A stretch of DNA of 64,000 nucleotides. Source: Patescibacteria group bacterium (lineage in GTDB: Bacteria; Patescibacteriota; Microgenomatia; 2-02-FULL-39-11). Shown piece after piece: positions 40,685-50,612 of the stretch. The notes under the pieces were generated by a model that had not been told where the DNA came from, searched no databases, and was given only the letters and a program-made list of their open reading frames with translations. Within the stretch, counting starts at the first letter, position 1. Each line of letters starts with the position of its first letter. A program made the translations under genes and the position numbers. The DNA lies in NCBI GenBank assembly GCA_023379265.1, contig JAMCUI010000004.1:9273-73272 (forward strand), read 5' to 3'.

Positions 40685-41422
40685 ATGAGTGATTCAAACC
40701 TTTCTAACTTAGCAATACAAGCAGCGTTATCAAACGAATGGGAAGAAGCTATTTCCCTCAACGGTAATATATTAAAAGAAAATCCTCAAGACATAAATGC
40801 ACTAAACAGAATGGCATTTGCTTATGTACAGGTACGGAAATTTGATGATGCAAAAAGGATATACAAAAAAATTCTCGGCTTTGACCGCTACAACATTATC
40901 GCGCAGAAAAATCTTGACAGGATCAACAATTTACTCAAACAAAACAAGTCAGGCCTGAATTCTAAAAACACAATATTCCCTCTCTCCCCCAGCCTGTTTA
41001 TTGAAGAACCGGGTAAAACAAAAACTGTAGTGCTAAGTAATATTGCGCCTTCATCCGTCCTCTCAAATCTAAATATGGGCGATCCTGTCACATTTAAGCT
41101 TAAAAAACATTCTGCGGAAATAAGAGATACAAACAATGTATATATTGGAGCCTTACCTGATGATATTGCCTTCAGGCTGATAAGATTTACAAAAGCCGGC
41201 AATACCTATCTGGTGAATATAAAAAATATCACTAAAAACAGCGTATCAGTCTTCATAAGGGAGATAAAAAGAGGAAAACGTTTTGCTTCACAACCGACTT
41301 TTATCTCTCTTGTCTCTGAGAAAAATTATGTGAGCCACCATACCACCTCAAGACAAACCAATGAGGATGAAGATGATAATTCTTCGGAAAATGAAGAGGA
41401 CGACGCTCAGGAAGAGGAATAA
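40685..41422 (+). CDS. TPR-repeat protein with a strongly acidic C-terminal tail
   Basis: TPR-like helices in the N-terminal 90 aa. The C-terminus is NEDEDDNSSENEEDDAQEEE. Confidence 0.55.
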   Translation: MSDSNLSNLAIQAALSNEWEEAISLNGNILKENPQDINALNRMAFAYVQVRKFDDAKRIYKKILGFDRYNIIAQKNLDRINNLLKQNKSGLNSKNTIFPLSPSLFIEEPGKTKTVVLSNIAPSSVLSNLNMGDPVTFKLKKHSAEIRDTNNVYIGALPDDIAFRLIRFTKAGNTYLVNIKNITKNSVSVFIREIKRGKRFASQPTFISLVSEKNYVSHHTTSRQTNEDEDDNSSENEEDDAQEEE

Positions 41423-41626
41423 TGTATTATTTTCTCCTTCAGAAATAATATTACACCGCTCTTCACCTTTTTCCTTTTATTTATCTTAAGGTTCTTGACT
41501 TCTTCTGGAGCTGCCATTTCCTTATCAACAGATCTAACAGCCAGAATAAGAGAAACTATAAATATCGTAATAATCGCAACTGCCATCAACATAGTTAATA
41601 AGTTAATATAAATATATAATTGACAA

Positions 41627-42739
41627 TCATTTAACAAAATCCTCACCTAATACTACTTGAATATCTGTCTGGTTGCTCATGTCTGAACTATTTCCAATCT
41701 CTGATATTTTACACCCGTACCTTTTTTTGAGCTTCGTCACTATATAACTGGTCTTTAGGCTATCTTTTGTAAAGTATATCACGCATGCAAAAGAAACATC
41801 ATTTTGGGCGGTAGTAGTTACCAGAACATTGGCCCCAATATTCCGCAGTATTTTACCAAATTGACCAGCCAGTTGGTTTTGTCCCGAAGCGTTCACAATT
41901 TCCAATGTTACATTTTCCGTACGGATGGCTTGATCCTGAAAGTTATCCTGTATGACTGACGCTAAAATATCTGTATCTATCACTTTAACTGAAGTACCGT
42001 CAGGCAACTTATCATCGCGCAAAACGCTTCTGTCCCCCAGATTTACAAGTCTTATCTGGTCGCTACGAAGACTGGCGATGGATAAATATAATCGCATCAG
42101 ATCCATTTTTGTCAGATTTGTATCCAAAGTATTTGCCCCTGTAAAAACACCCAGCGCTATACCAGGTAATTTCAGGAAAGAAAAATATTTACTTTTATAT
42201 GCAGCTATATCCTTTGAGGATTTTATCGGGAAAGGAAAAGAAACTCCTTTTGTGGCAATATACCCGTCTATAAGAATGTCAAATGAATTCTCTACGCTCC
42301 TTTCCAAAAGCACTCCCGCTGGACGTTTCTTGTCTAATTCACCAAGTTTATATACCGATGAGGCTTTATATTCACCATAACCATAAGGGACATAAAGCAT
42401 TGTTTCTTCCGGAATTACAGCTATATAAGCCTGCCGTTTTACGGGGTCTATCGTAAAAACTGCCATCGGATCGGAATTCAAAACTACAGTCAGACGGTTT
42501 GAACCATCCCATTTGTTTAGATTGTTTAGACTGATAAATCCGGAAAGCAAAAGTATGATTGCCAAACACCAAATTATCAATTTTGGGATACGCTGTCTGG
42601 GGTTTGACTTTCCCCCGCCAACTCGTACCTTAAAGCTTCCGGATCTGTTTGTAGTTCGTCTCATAAAATTGACATCCGGACCAGCTTTGAAAGATATAGG
42701 AAAAATAAGTGAAACAAAGATTAGCAGCTTGTTCCACAA
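41627..42739 (-). CDS. LytR/CpsA/Psr (LCP)-like envelope protein, putative
   Basis: Membrane anchor, then a periplasmic domain. The C-terminus (ENVTLEIVNASGQNQLAGQFGKILRNIGANV) resembles a LytR_C domain. Assignment is tentative. Confidence 0.45.
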   Translation of the reverse strand: MWNKLLIFVSLIFPISFKAGPDVNFMRRTTNRSGSFKVRVGGGKSNPRQRIPKLIIWCLAIILLLSGFISLNNLNKWDGSNRLTVVLNSDPMAVFTIDPVKRQAYIAVIPEETMLYVPYGYGEYKASSVYKLGELDKKRPAGVLLERSVENSFDILIDGYIATKGVSFPFPIKSSKDIAAYKSKYFSFLKLPGIALGVFTGANTLDTNLTKMDLMRLYLSIASLRSDQIRLVNLGDRSVLRDDKLPDGTSVKVIDTDILASVIQDNFQDQAIRTENVTLEIVNASGQNQLAGQFGKILRNIGANVLVTTTAQNDVSFACVIYFTKDSLKTSYIVTKLKKRYGCKISEIGNSSDMSNQTDIQVVLGEDFVK

Positions 42740-43042
42740 AATTTTGTCTCCTGAATCAGCTTTGAGAAACGTATGAAAATCAAATGAACGCAGTACTAGT
42801 CCGCTTATTCCTCATCTTTGCCCTTTTTTATTATCTCAACTCTGGGCAAAACGAAGGATTGTTTTTGAGATAGAATTTGAGCTTTCTTTTCAAGGATGGA
42901 TTTTTTGGCTTTTTTCTTGTCCCCCTTGAAAAAACCTCCAAAATTTCCCATATGTCTAATTTTATAATCCAGTCAAGCAAACGTCAATATTTCAATCCTG
43001 AACATACGTATGAAAGCCAGATAATTGTCATGCCGAACTTGT

Positions 43043-43076
43043 CCCGCCTCAGCGGGATTCCGCTAAGCGGTTTTTA
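43043..43076 (+). terminator. two adjacent GC hairpins (cccgc-ctca-gcggg; ccgc-taa-gcgg) followed by TTTTT; an intrinsic terminator in + orientation between two minus-strand genes
   Basis: Read directly from the sequence. Confidence 0.45.
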
Positions 43077-43147
43077 TTTCAGCACCTCGTTTAGATCCTG
43101 AAATAAATTCATGATGACAACATCCGTGTTTTGAGACACATGTCCCT

Positions 43148-44878
43148 TCAATCCAAACCCTGGTAAGACCTCAAATGTCTTAGCTTTGTTTCAATCTCAG
43201 AATCATCTACCAATAATATGTGTAATAATTTTTCCGTCATGGAAATTGCAGCCTCAAATTCCGGCTGCACCACCGAATCTACTCCCAATTCTTTAAGTTT
43301 TTTCTGATCCTCATCAAAATGCGTCCGGCATATAATTTTTATACCCGGATTCAATGCCATTGCGTTTACCACTACCATCTCCTGTGTATGTCTGTCAGCA
43401 TAAGCCAGAATCAAAACCTTCGCCTCTCTGACGCTTGCAAATTCCAATACATCTATTTCAGCAGGATCGCCATATATAACGTTTACTCCCTTTTTCCTGA
43501 GAAACTTCACCAGCTTGTGGTTGTATTCAACTACAATATATGGTATCTGGGCAAGGGATAAAGCCTTACAGATATACTTACCGACTCTACCGTGACCTAA
43601 AACCACAACGTGGTTTGAGAGCGCACTAACTCTCTCAAGCGGCATACGGTCAAACTTCAAAAGAGCTTTATACATCAGTGGCATATTCGTCCTAAACCAG
43701 CTTCTGGCAACATAGTAAATTTTGTCCCCGGCATAAAGAATCGGCACTGAAATAATAAGGGATATAAAAGAAACAGATAATATAGTCATATAAGTCACTT
43801 GAGTGATAAGATGGGCCGATATACCCATAATGGCCAATACAAAGGCAAATTCCCCCACCGAAATCAGTGAAAATCCAACTAGTGTAGCGGTCTTTGTGTG
43901 ATACCCCAAAAGAAATAAAAGAACGACTGAGATGACAAACTTCAAAACTATGACAAAAACCACCAATGCTAAAATCAGAGAAAATGATGAAAGTATAAAT
44001 CCGGGATTCAACATGAAGCCTAAAGAAACAAAAAATACGGTGGCAAAAAGGTCCCGCAGCGGTCTAACCTCCGAAAATATTCCATGATGGGCTGAAGATG
44101 AGGACAAAAGTACCCCGGCCAAAAATGCGCCTATCCCATACGACAGGCCCATCATCTGGAAAAAATAAGCAAATACAAGACAGAACGATATGGCGGCCAA
44201 AAGCATCAGTTCCCTACTCCGGAAATCAGCCGCCTTTTCCAAAAGATATGGAACAATATTTTTACCCAGTAGAAGCACCAGGAAAAATGTACCACCGGCA
44301 ATAAGCATACTTTTGAAGAAAACCAGAAAAGAAGCAACGCTTACCCCTCCCCCATTCATCGCCAGTCCCAAAGAGGGTAAAAGGATTATAATTGGCAGCG
44401 TATACAGATCCTGCATGAAAAGCCACCCGGAAGCCATCTCTCCATGAAGAGTTTCTACTTCTCCCTTATCCGACAACGTCTTCAGTGCCACTGCGGTAGA
44501 CGATAGGGAAAAAACTGCGCCCAAAAAAAGTGAGGCATAAAAATTAAACCCAAATAGCGGAAAAACCATTATAGACGCCACTATTGTCAGGAGTATCTGT
44601 ATCAGTGATCCAAGGACTATTGTCAAACCCATTTCCTTTAGTTTTTCAGGAGAAAACTCCAATCCCAGAGTAAAAAGGAGCAGTATCACCCCTACCTGAG
44701 CAATGCTGTCAATCGCACCTGATTGGCTAATGTAGTGCGAGAGAAAATTTCCAATGAGTATACCGCCGAAAAGGTAACCTACAATAAGAGGCAGGCGCAT
44801 TTTTTTGGCCACGGATCCGCTCAAAAAAGCCGTCAAAAGCACAATTAGTAGATTCCTGACAAACATGAAGTTAGTCAT
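43148..44878 (-). CDS. Kef-type (CPA2) monovalent cation:proton antiporter with C-terminal RCK/TrkA-N domain
   Basis: About 12 TM helices. A Rossmann GxGxxG (VVLGHGRVGKYI) sits in the C-terminal domain. Confidence 0.8.
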   Translation of the reverse strand: MTNFMFVRNLLIVLLTAFLSGSVAKKMRLPLIVGYLFGGILIGNFLSHYISQSGAIDSIAQVGVILLLFTLGLEFSPEKLKEMGLTIVLGSLIQILLTIVASIMVFPLFGFNFYASLFLGAVFSLSSTAVALKTLSDKGEVETLHGEMASGWLFMQDLYTLPIIILLPSLGLAMNGGGVSVASFLVFFKSMLIAGGTFFLVLLLGKNIVPYLLEKAADFRSRELMLLAAISFCLVFAYFFQMMGLSYGIGAFLAGVLLSSSSAHHGIFSEVRPLRDLFATVFFVSLGFMLNPGFILSSFSLILALVVFVIVLKFVISVVLLFLLGYHTKTATLVGFSLISVGEFAFVLAIMGISAHLITQVTYMTILSVSFISLIISVPILYAGDKIYYVARSWFRTNMPLMYKALLKFDRMPLERVSALSNHVVVLGHGRVGKYICKALSLAQIPYIVVEYNHKLVKFLRKKGVNVIYGDPAEIDVLEFASVREAKVLILAYADRHTQEMVVVNAMALNPGIKIICRTHFDEDQKKLKELGVDSVVQPEFEAAISMTEKLLHILLVDDSEIETKLRHLRSYQGLD

Positions 44879-45611
44879 AGTCTTTTATCTTCTCCAGGCT
44901 GGACAAAGTATCCTGTAAATCTTGTGGGAGCTCACTCTCCAAAACCAACGCTTCCTTCCTGTATGGGTGCATAAATTTTATGTATTTGGCGTGCAAAAAT
45001 AAGCGCCCACAAAACTTTTGATCTCTACGGTAAACTTTCCTTCCTGCATAAAGATTATCCCCTACTATACTATGCCCTATATATTTAAGATGAATTCTGA
45101 TTTGGTGAGTCCGGCCGGTATGCGGAAATGCAGTAAGTAATGTATATTTTTCCTGGCCCAAAGATCCGTATAAAGATTCGCATTTATATAAAGTTATCGC
45201 CTCTTTTCCACCCGGTAAAACGCCAAACTTTTCCCTGCTCCATGGCAACCTGCCTACGCTTGCTTTTATTTCCCCACTTATAGATGGCATCTGCCCATGC
45301 ACAAGAGTAAAATATCTTTTTTCTATTTCCCTCTCCTTAAATTGTGTCTGCATGAGCTTAAATGTTTCGGGGTCTTTAGCGATAATAAGTAATCCTGATG
45401 TCTCCTTGTCCAGTCTATGCACTATACCTGCTCTGGAAATAAAATCATTTGCTTCATTAACCGGAAATTGAGAATTGAGAATTGATAATTTTCTCTCCGC
45501 CCAATCCTGTATAGTTTCCCCCTTTACCGATTCAGCTCTGTTGACAACCACACCAGAAGGTTTTTCCACTACCAATAGATACCCATCCTCAAATACTATC
45601 TTTATTTCCAT
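44871..45611 (-). CDS. RluA-family 23S rRNA / tRNA pseudouridine synthase
   Basis: Catalytic motif GIVHRLDKETSGLLIIAKD. Confidence 0.85.
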   Translation of the reverse strand: MEIKIVFEDGYLLVVEKPSGVVVNRAESVKGETIQDWAERKLSILNSQFPVNEANDFISRAGIVHRLDKETSGLLIIAKDPETFKLMQTQFKEREIEKRYFTLVHGQMPSISGEIKASVGRLPWSREKFGVLPGGKEAITLYKCESLYGSLGQEKYTLLTAFPHTGRTHQIRIHLKYIGHSIVGDNLYAGRKVYRRDQKFCGRLFLHAKYIKFMHPYRKEALVLESELPQDLQDTLSSLEKIKDYD

Positions 45612-45808
45612 ACACTAGAACTCATTTCAAAACCCAATATAACCGGATTTGCGTCATTATCCGTTCTTAAACGGCTCAGGCTTTGCAACAGCTACTAATT
45701 TAACTATATAAGACATTGGGCTTAATTGAAAGAATTGATATTGTACGAAAAATTACGGGATTGTACTAAGTAGCATGGGAAAGTGCCGGGAGAAATTGAT
45801 TAAGGAGG

Positions 45809-46168
45809 TTATTTTTCCCTTTTTTTCTCACACTCAACACAGTAAAGAGCAGTAGGTTTAATTGCCAACCGGTCAGTATCTATCATCTTGTGGCAAGAAA
45901 GACATCTGCCATATGTGCCCCTTTTTATCCTTGCCAGCGCCTGCTCTATTTCCTCAAGATGGAGCCTGAGTTCCTTCTCTAAAGCCTCCATCCGTTCGTG
46001 AGATATTTCTTCTTTGGCATCCGTATCGGACGCCGCATTATCGTTTAGCCTGTCCGGATCCGAGAAAGGGTCCTGCGATTTCAGTGACGACATATTTGAG
46101 ACAACTTTGCTCTTTTCTTTATTCAAATGGTCAGTGATCTTTTTCAGGACGTTTAACGGAAATTTCAT
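45809..46168 (-). CDS. DksA/TraR-family C4-type zinc-finger protein
   Basis: C-terminal CLSCHKMI...CVECEKK four-Cys zinc finger and a coiled-coil N-terminus. Confidence 0.75.
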   Translation of the reverse strand: MKFPLNVLKKITDHLNKEKSKVVSNMSSLKSQDPFSDPDRLNDNAASDTDAKEEISHERMEALEKELRLHLEEIEQALARIKRGTYGRCLSCHKMIDTDRLAIKPTALYCVECEKKREK

Positions 46169-46208
46169 TCTTCACTCCTTATCAATTTAATTTCTTATAA
46201 TTACCTTT

Positions 46209-46976
46209 CTAACTTTTCAATTTATTTTTCTTCCCTGATGTCTTTAACTTAACAAATAATGACCAGGCGGCAATACATATTATTACAAACGCACCCAGTT
46301 GTTTGGCGCTAAATATATATAAGTATAAGGGGTGATCCTTCAAAAATTCAAGCAGGAAAATAATAACCGGTATAAAGATCGTAAAAAATAAAAAGACTAT
46401 TCCCTCGGGCCACTTCTTTCTATTTATGCGGTTATAAATATAGTAAAGCACTATTGATAAAACCAGTATAAGTAGTGCTTCGTATAATTCCACGGGATGA
46501 TGCCGGCCACTCTGACCTATAATTCTTACGCCCAAAATGAAATTGGTAGCCTTGCCAAAACCTGCTCCACCCAACTGTTCCCCTATTTTGGTAAACACCA
46601 GTGAAAAACTTGCCGCTAATGAAAAAAGGTCTGAAATATGCCCAAAATTGTATTTTTTCTGCCGGCAGTACCAGAAAAGAAATAAGAAACCACCAACCAG
46701 CCCTCCCACCAGAGAAAGTCCGGGAGTCTCACGCACCACTATATACCTTAGTATGTTCAGTCCGAAATCACCCGGATGCATAAATATGTATAAAATGCGC
46801 GCGCTGACTAATCCTGCTATGCCGGTAAGAAGAAAGGCGTCAAGATACTCCTCTTCCTTAAACTCCTCCTTTGCTTCCCTCCAGATGATAAACGTGGAAA
46901 GAAGAAAAGAGAATGCTAAAAAGAATCCGAAGGCGTATACGTTGAATGGTCCTATGGTAAAGAGAACGGGTAACAT
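46209..46976 (-). CDS. lgt: prolipoprotein diacylglyceryl transferase
   Basis: Lgt signature region (GGLVGGFLF, HPVELYEAL) and multi-TM topology. Confidence 0.85.
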   Translation of the reverse strand: MLPVLFTIGPFNVYAFGFFLAFSFLLSTFIIWREAKEEFKEEEYLDAFLLTGIAGLVSARILYIFMHPGDFGLNILRYIVVRETPGLSLVGGLVGGFLFLFWYCRQKKYNFGHISDLFSLAASFSLVFTKIGEQLGGAGFGKATNFILGVRIIGQSGRHHPVELYEALLILVLSIVLYYIYNRINRKKWPEGIVFLFFTIFIPVIIFLLEFLKDHPLYLYIFSAKQLGAFVIICIAAWSLFVKLKTSGKKNKLKS

Positions 46977-47049
46977 AATATTTTTATATGGTATTATTTA
47001 ACTTTTTTATTTTCAAGTAAGCAATGACTAAAAATATATTTCTTCAATT

Positions 47050-48327
47050 TTATAATATGGTATACTGACTTCTTCTATCAAAATAATGGTAAATACCGGC
47101 AATGAGTATAATAATACCGATGATAAAAAGAGTCTTGCCTACTCCGACGATATCAGCAAGCACTCCTGAAAAGACAACCGGCAGGAACGAAACTCCTCCT
47201 GTCATTGAAGTCAAAACACCGTATACACGCCCCCTCATGGAATGATGAGTGTCTCCCTGCAGGATAGTATTAGCAGGTACATTTATAAAAGAGTTGAATA
47301 ACCCCAATATAAAAAGGAGGACAATTGCAACTGTCAGATTGGTAAAAAGTATGTGACTTCTGATAAAAAATATATATATACTTATACTCGGGGCGGCAGC
47401 TTTGGTAATAACCGATAAGAAGATAAGCGTGACGGCTGTTCCCAATATCCCTGCCAGTATGATGGAGCCCTTCAGGTATTTTTGCCCGAAACCACCCACC
47501 AGAAAAGCTCCAATAACAAGTCCTACCGCAGCAGGCCCCAATACCAGATACGAAGCTGCCGTAAGATTTATTTTTAACACCTGGTCTGCAAAACCAGGAG
47601 CAAGAACAGCCAGCGTGGCAATTAGTGCCTGGGAAAAGGTCATAAGAATAAGGCTTTGCCTTATCCTTGCATTTTCCCTGATAAAAACCAAACCGTCCCT
47701 GATAGTTCTTCCGATAAAATCCAGGTCAATTTTTTCTGAATTTTTTTTGAGAACTCTTATGGCCGGCATATGATAAACAAAAAAAGTAGCTGCCGCCATA
47801 AGGATAAGCATAAGCATATATACATCCCTATTCCCAAACATCTGTATAACGGGACCCGCTGATACAAAGCCGATTATTGTCGAGAGATAAAAACTGATGG
47901 TAAAAAGCGAATTGGCAGTCAATAACTCATCCTTATCAACCAAATGCGGTATGGAAGGAGCTTCAGCCGGAATAAAAAATTGGGTAATAATGGATATAAA
48001 AATGGTAAGAATAAAAAGAATATATATATTTTTATAAAAAAGGAAAAAAGCAAACAGCAGAAATACACGAATGAGGTTACAATAAAAAAGCACAGCTCTC
48101 TTGTCGTAAAAGTCAACCAGACCTCCGGCAATTACCCCGAAAATAAGAGAGGGAATGCCAAATGAGAGAAGCATAAGCGATACGGCGGTGTTGGAATGCG
48201 TCTCCTGATATACCCTGATAACCAAAACAAAAGAAAGCATGTTTAGGGCTATCTGTGAAGCAACCTGGCCAAACCAAAGATTCCGGAATGAATTGTTTCT
48301 TGCTACTTTAATGTAAGACTTTATCAT
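47050..48327 (-). CDS. MFS-family transporter
   Basis: 425 aa with 12 predicted TM helices in a 6+6 arrangement. Confidence 0.7.
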   Translation of the reverse strand: MIKSYIKVARNNSFRNLWFGQVASQIALNMLSFVLVIRVYQETHSNTAVSLMLLSFGIPSLIFGVIAGGLVDFYDKRAVLFYCNLIRVFLLFAFFLFYKNIYILFILTIFISIITQFFIPAEAPSIPHLVDKDELLTANSLFTISFYLSTIIGFVSAGPVIQMFGNRDVYMLMLILMAAATFFVYHMPAIRVLKKNSEKIDLDFIGRTIRDGLVFIRENARIRQSLILMTFSQALIATLAVLAPGFADQVLKINLTAASYLVLGPAAVGLVIGAFLVGGFGQKYLKGSIILAGILGTAVTLIFLSVITKAAAPSISIYIFFIRSHILFTNLTVAIVLLFILGLFNSFINVPANTILQGDTHHSMRGRVYGVLTSMTGGVSFLPVVFSGVLADIVGVGKTLFIIGIIILIAGIYHYFDRRSQYTIL

Positions 48328-48371
48328 GAAGAGGAAAGAAAATCCAGAAAAAGCTACTGTACTTTTTCAAT

Positions 48372-49871
48372 TTATAATCCGGTTAGGTAGCTCAGTAATA
48401 GCCTCACTCCAAATCCAGTTCCGCCATACGGCGCTATGGGAGTATCTTTTTCTTCATAAGCCGGTCCTGCTATGTCAAGATGTACCCAGGGAGTTTTCCC
48501 TACAAATTCAGACAGGAATAACGAAGCGGTAATTGCACCGCCGTAGCGTCCGGCTTGTACATTTTTGATGTCGGCAATATGGCTTTTTAGGAGCTCCTTG
48601 TAGTCATCGGGTAAAGGCAGCCTCCAGACTCTCTCAGCTGCCGATCTAGCCGCATCCTCTATTTTTGAGAGCAGTTTATCATCATTCCCAAAAGCTCCTG
48701 CAATTTCCTGTCCCAGAGCGACCATACAAGCGCCAGTCAGTGTGGCCAGATCGATAATCTCGTCAGCCTTTTCCTTCATATTGGCAAAAGAAATGGCATC
48801 AGCCAAAGTCAACCTTCCCTCCGCATCGGTATTGAGAACCTCAATAGTTTTCCCGTTCATCGCCCGCAATATATCTCCGGGTTTGAGAGCACGGCCTGAA
48901 GGCATATTCTCACAGGCGGCAATAAGTCCCACCACCTCTACTTTCGGTCCTAATGCGGAAAGTGCGGAAAAAATACCCAGCACCGCTGCGGCTCCTGACA
49001 TATCAAGCTTCATTGTCTCCATAAATTCGGCAGGTTTGAGGGAAAGCCCCCCGGCGTCAAAAGTAATGCCTTTACCAATTATCACCACTTTTTTCTTTGC
49101 CACTGCTGAGGGCTTGTAGGACAGGTGTATGAATTTGGGCGGTTTATCGCTTCCCTCAGCCACTCCCAAAAATGACCCCATACCCAGTTTGGCAATCTCT
49201 CCTTTTTCAATAATCTTCACGCTAACTGATCCTTTTGACTTTTTGGCAATAAGAAGAGCGGTATTTGCCAAAAATTCCGGTGAGGTTAACTCGGGAGGTT
49301 CGTTCACCAGATCCCGCGCAAATATGACTGCATCTGCGGTTATCTTGCCCGGCGCTAAGCCGGATTCTCCGCCAGCCAGCTTGTTTGGCGGCAGATGGAT
49401 AACTACTTCCTCTATCGGTCTCGATTTGGATTTTTCTTCTTCTCCCTTAAACTTAAGAAATTTATAGGCTGAAAGCGATACGGCCTCAATAATTCCTTTT
49501 ACTGTCTCTCGTGCCGATAATTTGTTTATCCAAAAATCAGCTACTGAGATTGATATTTTTACAGGCTTGAGGCTCTGGGCTTTTTTTATTGCCAGGCTGA
49601 CAAACTTATTCAAGTTATAGTAGTCGACATTCTCAATCTTACCGGTCCCGACAAAAAGCACCTTGTAAGGCTCAATTTTGCCCAGTCCGGAGACTATCAG
49701 AAACTGCCCTTCCTTTCCTTCAAATATTTCTCTTTGGGCAGCGTCTTTGACAATTGATATAAATTCCTGACTAAATCCCTTCAACTTCCTTATCTCACCT
49801 TCGGAAACAAATTGTATTAATAAATCTGTGGAGAGCTTTGACGGTTCGGTAGGTTTCAATAGAAATTTCAT
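48372..49871 (-). CDS. pepA: leucyl aminopeptidase (M17)
   Basis: NTDAEGRLTLADA signature plus metal-binding K/D/E residues. Confidence 0.9.
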   Translation of the reverse strand: MKFLLKPTEPSKLSTDLLIQFVSEGEIRKLKGFSQEFISIVKDAAQREIFEGKEGQFLIVSGLGKIEPYKVLFVGTGKIENVDYYNLNKFVSLAIKKAQSLKPVKISISVADFWINKLSARETVKGIIEAVSLSAYKFLKFKGEEEKSKSRPIEEVVIHLPPNKLAGGESGLAPGKITADAVIFARDLVNEPPELTSPEFLANTALLIAKKSKGSVSVKIIEKGEIAKLGMGSFLGVAEGSDKPPKFIHLSYKPSAVAKKKVVIIGKGITFDAGGLSLKPAEFMETMKLDMSGAAAVLGIFSALSALGPKVEVVGLIAACENMPSGRALKPGDILRAMNGKTIEVLNTDAEGRLTLADAISFANMKEKADEIIDLATLTGACMVALGQEIAGAFGNDDKLLSKIEDAARSAAERVWRLPLPDDYKELLKSHIADIKNVQAGRYGGAITASLFLSEFVGKTPWVHLDIAGPAYEEKDTPIAPYGGTGFGVRLLLSYLTGL

Positions 49872-50054
49872 AATTTTTAGAATAACTGAAAATTAATAAA
49901 TTGTAGGATTCTTCTGGCAGGAATCAATTATTTGACTTATACTACTTATACAAAATATAATCGGGGGAGTCAATAAAACGGGTTGTTTAGTGGTCAGTCG
50001 TTTGTAGTTGGAGTTGGTTTTTTGTTTATTCTTTGTTATTTGTTCTATGAAATA

Positions 50055-50081
50055 GCCGAGGTGGCGGAATTGGCACCCACC
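50055..50081 (+). pseudogene. 5' fragment (acceptor arm plus D-arm) of a degenerate type-II tRNA, here called tRNA-B
   Basis: GCCGAGGTGGCGGAATTGGCA... Its acceptor 5' strand GCCGAGG is complementary to CCTCGGC at 50233-50239. Confidence 0.5.
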
Positions 50082-50088
50082 TAAATAT

Positions 50089-50175
50089 GCCGCGATGGTG
50101 GAATTGGCAGACACGCAGCTCTCAAAAAGCTGTGAGCCCAAAGCTCATGTCGGTTCGACTCCGACTCGCGGCACA
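50089..50175 (+). tRNA. tRNA-Leu(CAA), type II (long variable arm)
   Basis: Acceptor GCCGCGA/TCGCGGC, D-arm GTGG..CAC, anticodon stem CAGCT/AGCTG with loop CTCAAAA (anticodon CAA), variable-arm stem GAGC/GCTC, T-arm GTCGG-TTCGACT-CCGAC. Confidence 0.85.
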
Positions 50176-50180
50176 ATTTT

Positions 50181-50240
50181 TGGCTGGTCAAAAACCTGTG
50201 GGCCTCAAAGCTCATGAGGGTTCGAGTCCCTCCCTCGGCA
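50181..50240 (+). pseudogene. 3' portion (anticodon-loop region, variable arm, T-arm, acceptor 3' strand) of degenerate tRNA-B
   Basis: T-arm GAGGG-TTCGAGT-CCCTC is intact. The acceptor 3' strand CCTCGGC matches the 5' fragment upstream of tRNA-Leu. The anticodon stem does not pair. Confidence 0.5.
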
Positions 50241-50307
50241 CTTCGATCCGACATAATGTCGGGCCTCAGTGTAGGCACGAATGTCACACGGTTGTCTAGC
50301 CCATCAT

Positions 50308-50612
50308 TCTATCACCTGAACTACAAAATCTATGCACTCTGTTCCGTTTCAGCTGTCTTTTCCATACTGTAGAACCTTATTCTATCACCTGAACTACAAA
50401 ATCTATGCACTCTGTTCCGTTTCAGCTGTCTTTTCCATACTGTAGAACCTTATTCTATCACCTGAACTACAAAATCTATGCGCTCTGTTCCGTTTCAGCT
50501 GTCTTTTCCATACTGTAGAACCTTATTCTATCACCTGAACTACAAAATCTATGCGCTCTGTTCCGTTTCAGCTGTCTTTTCCATACTGTAGAACCTTATT
50601 CTGTCACCTTTG
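50308..50612. repeat. 73-bp tandem repeat x4.2 covering the dnaB 3' end. Each copy encodes ...MEKTAETEQSA* on the - strand
   Basis: Unit starts at 50308, 50381, 50454, 50527 and 50600. Copies 1-2 versus 3-4 differ by a single synonymous change (AGT versus AGC). Confidence 0.9.

Noticed and set aside
41407-41646. 79-aa single-TM ORF between the TPR gene and the LCP-like gene
   Set aside because: It overlaps both neighbours' 3' ends and there is no supporting signal. It might be a real small membrane protein, but it is unsupported.
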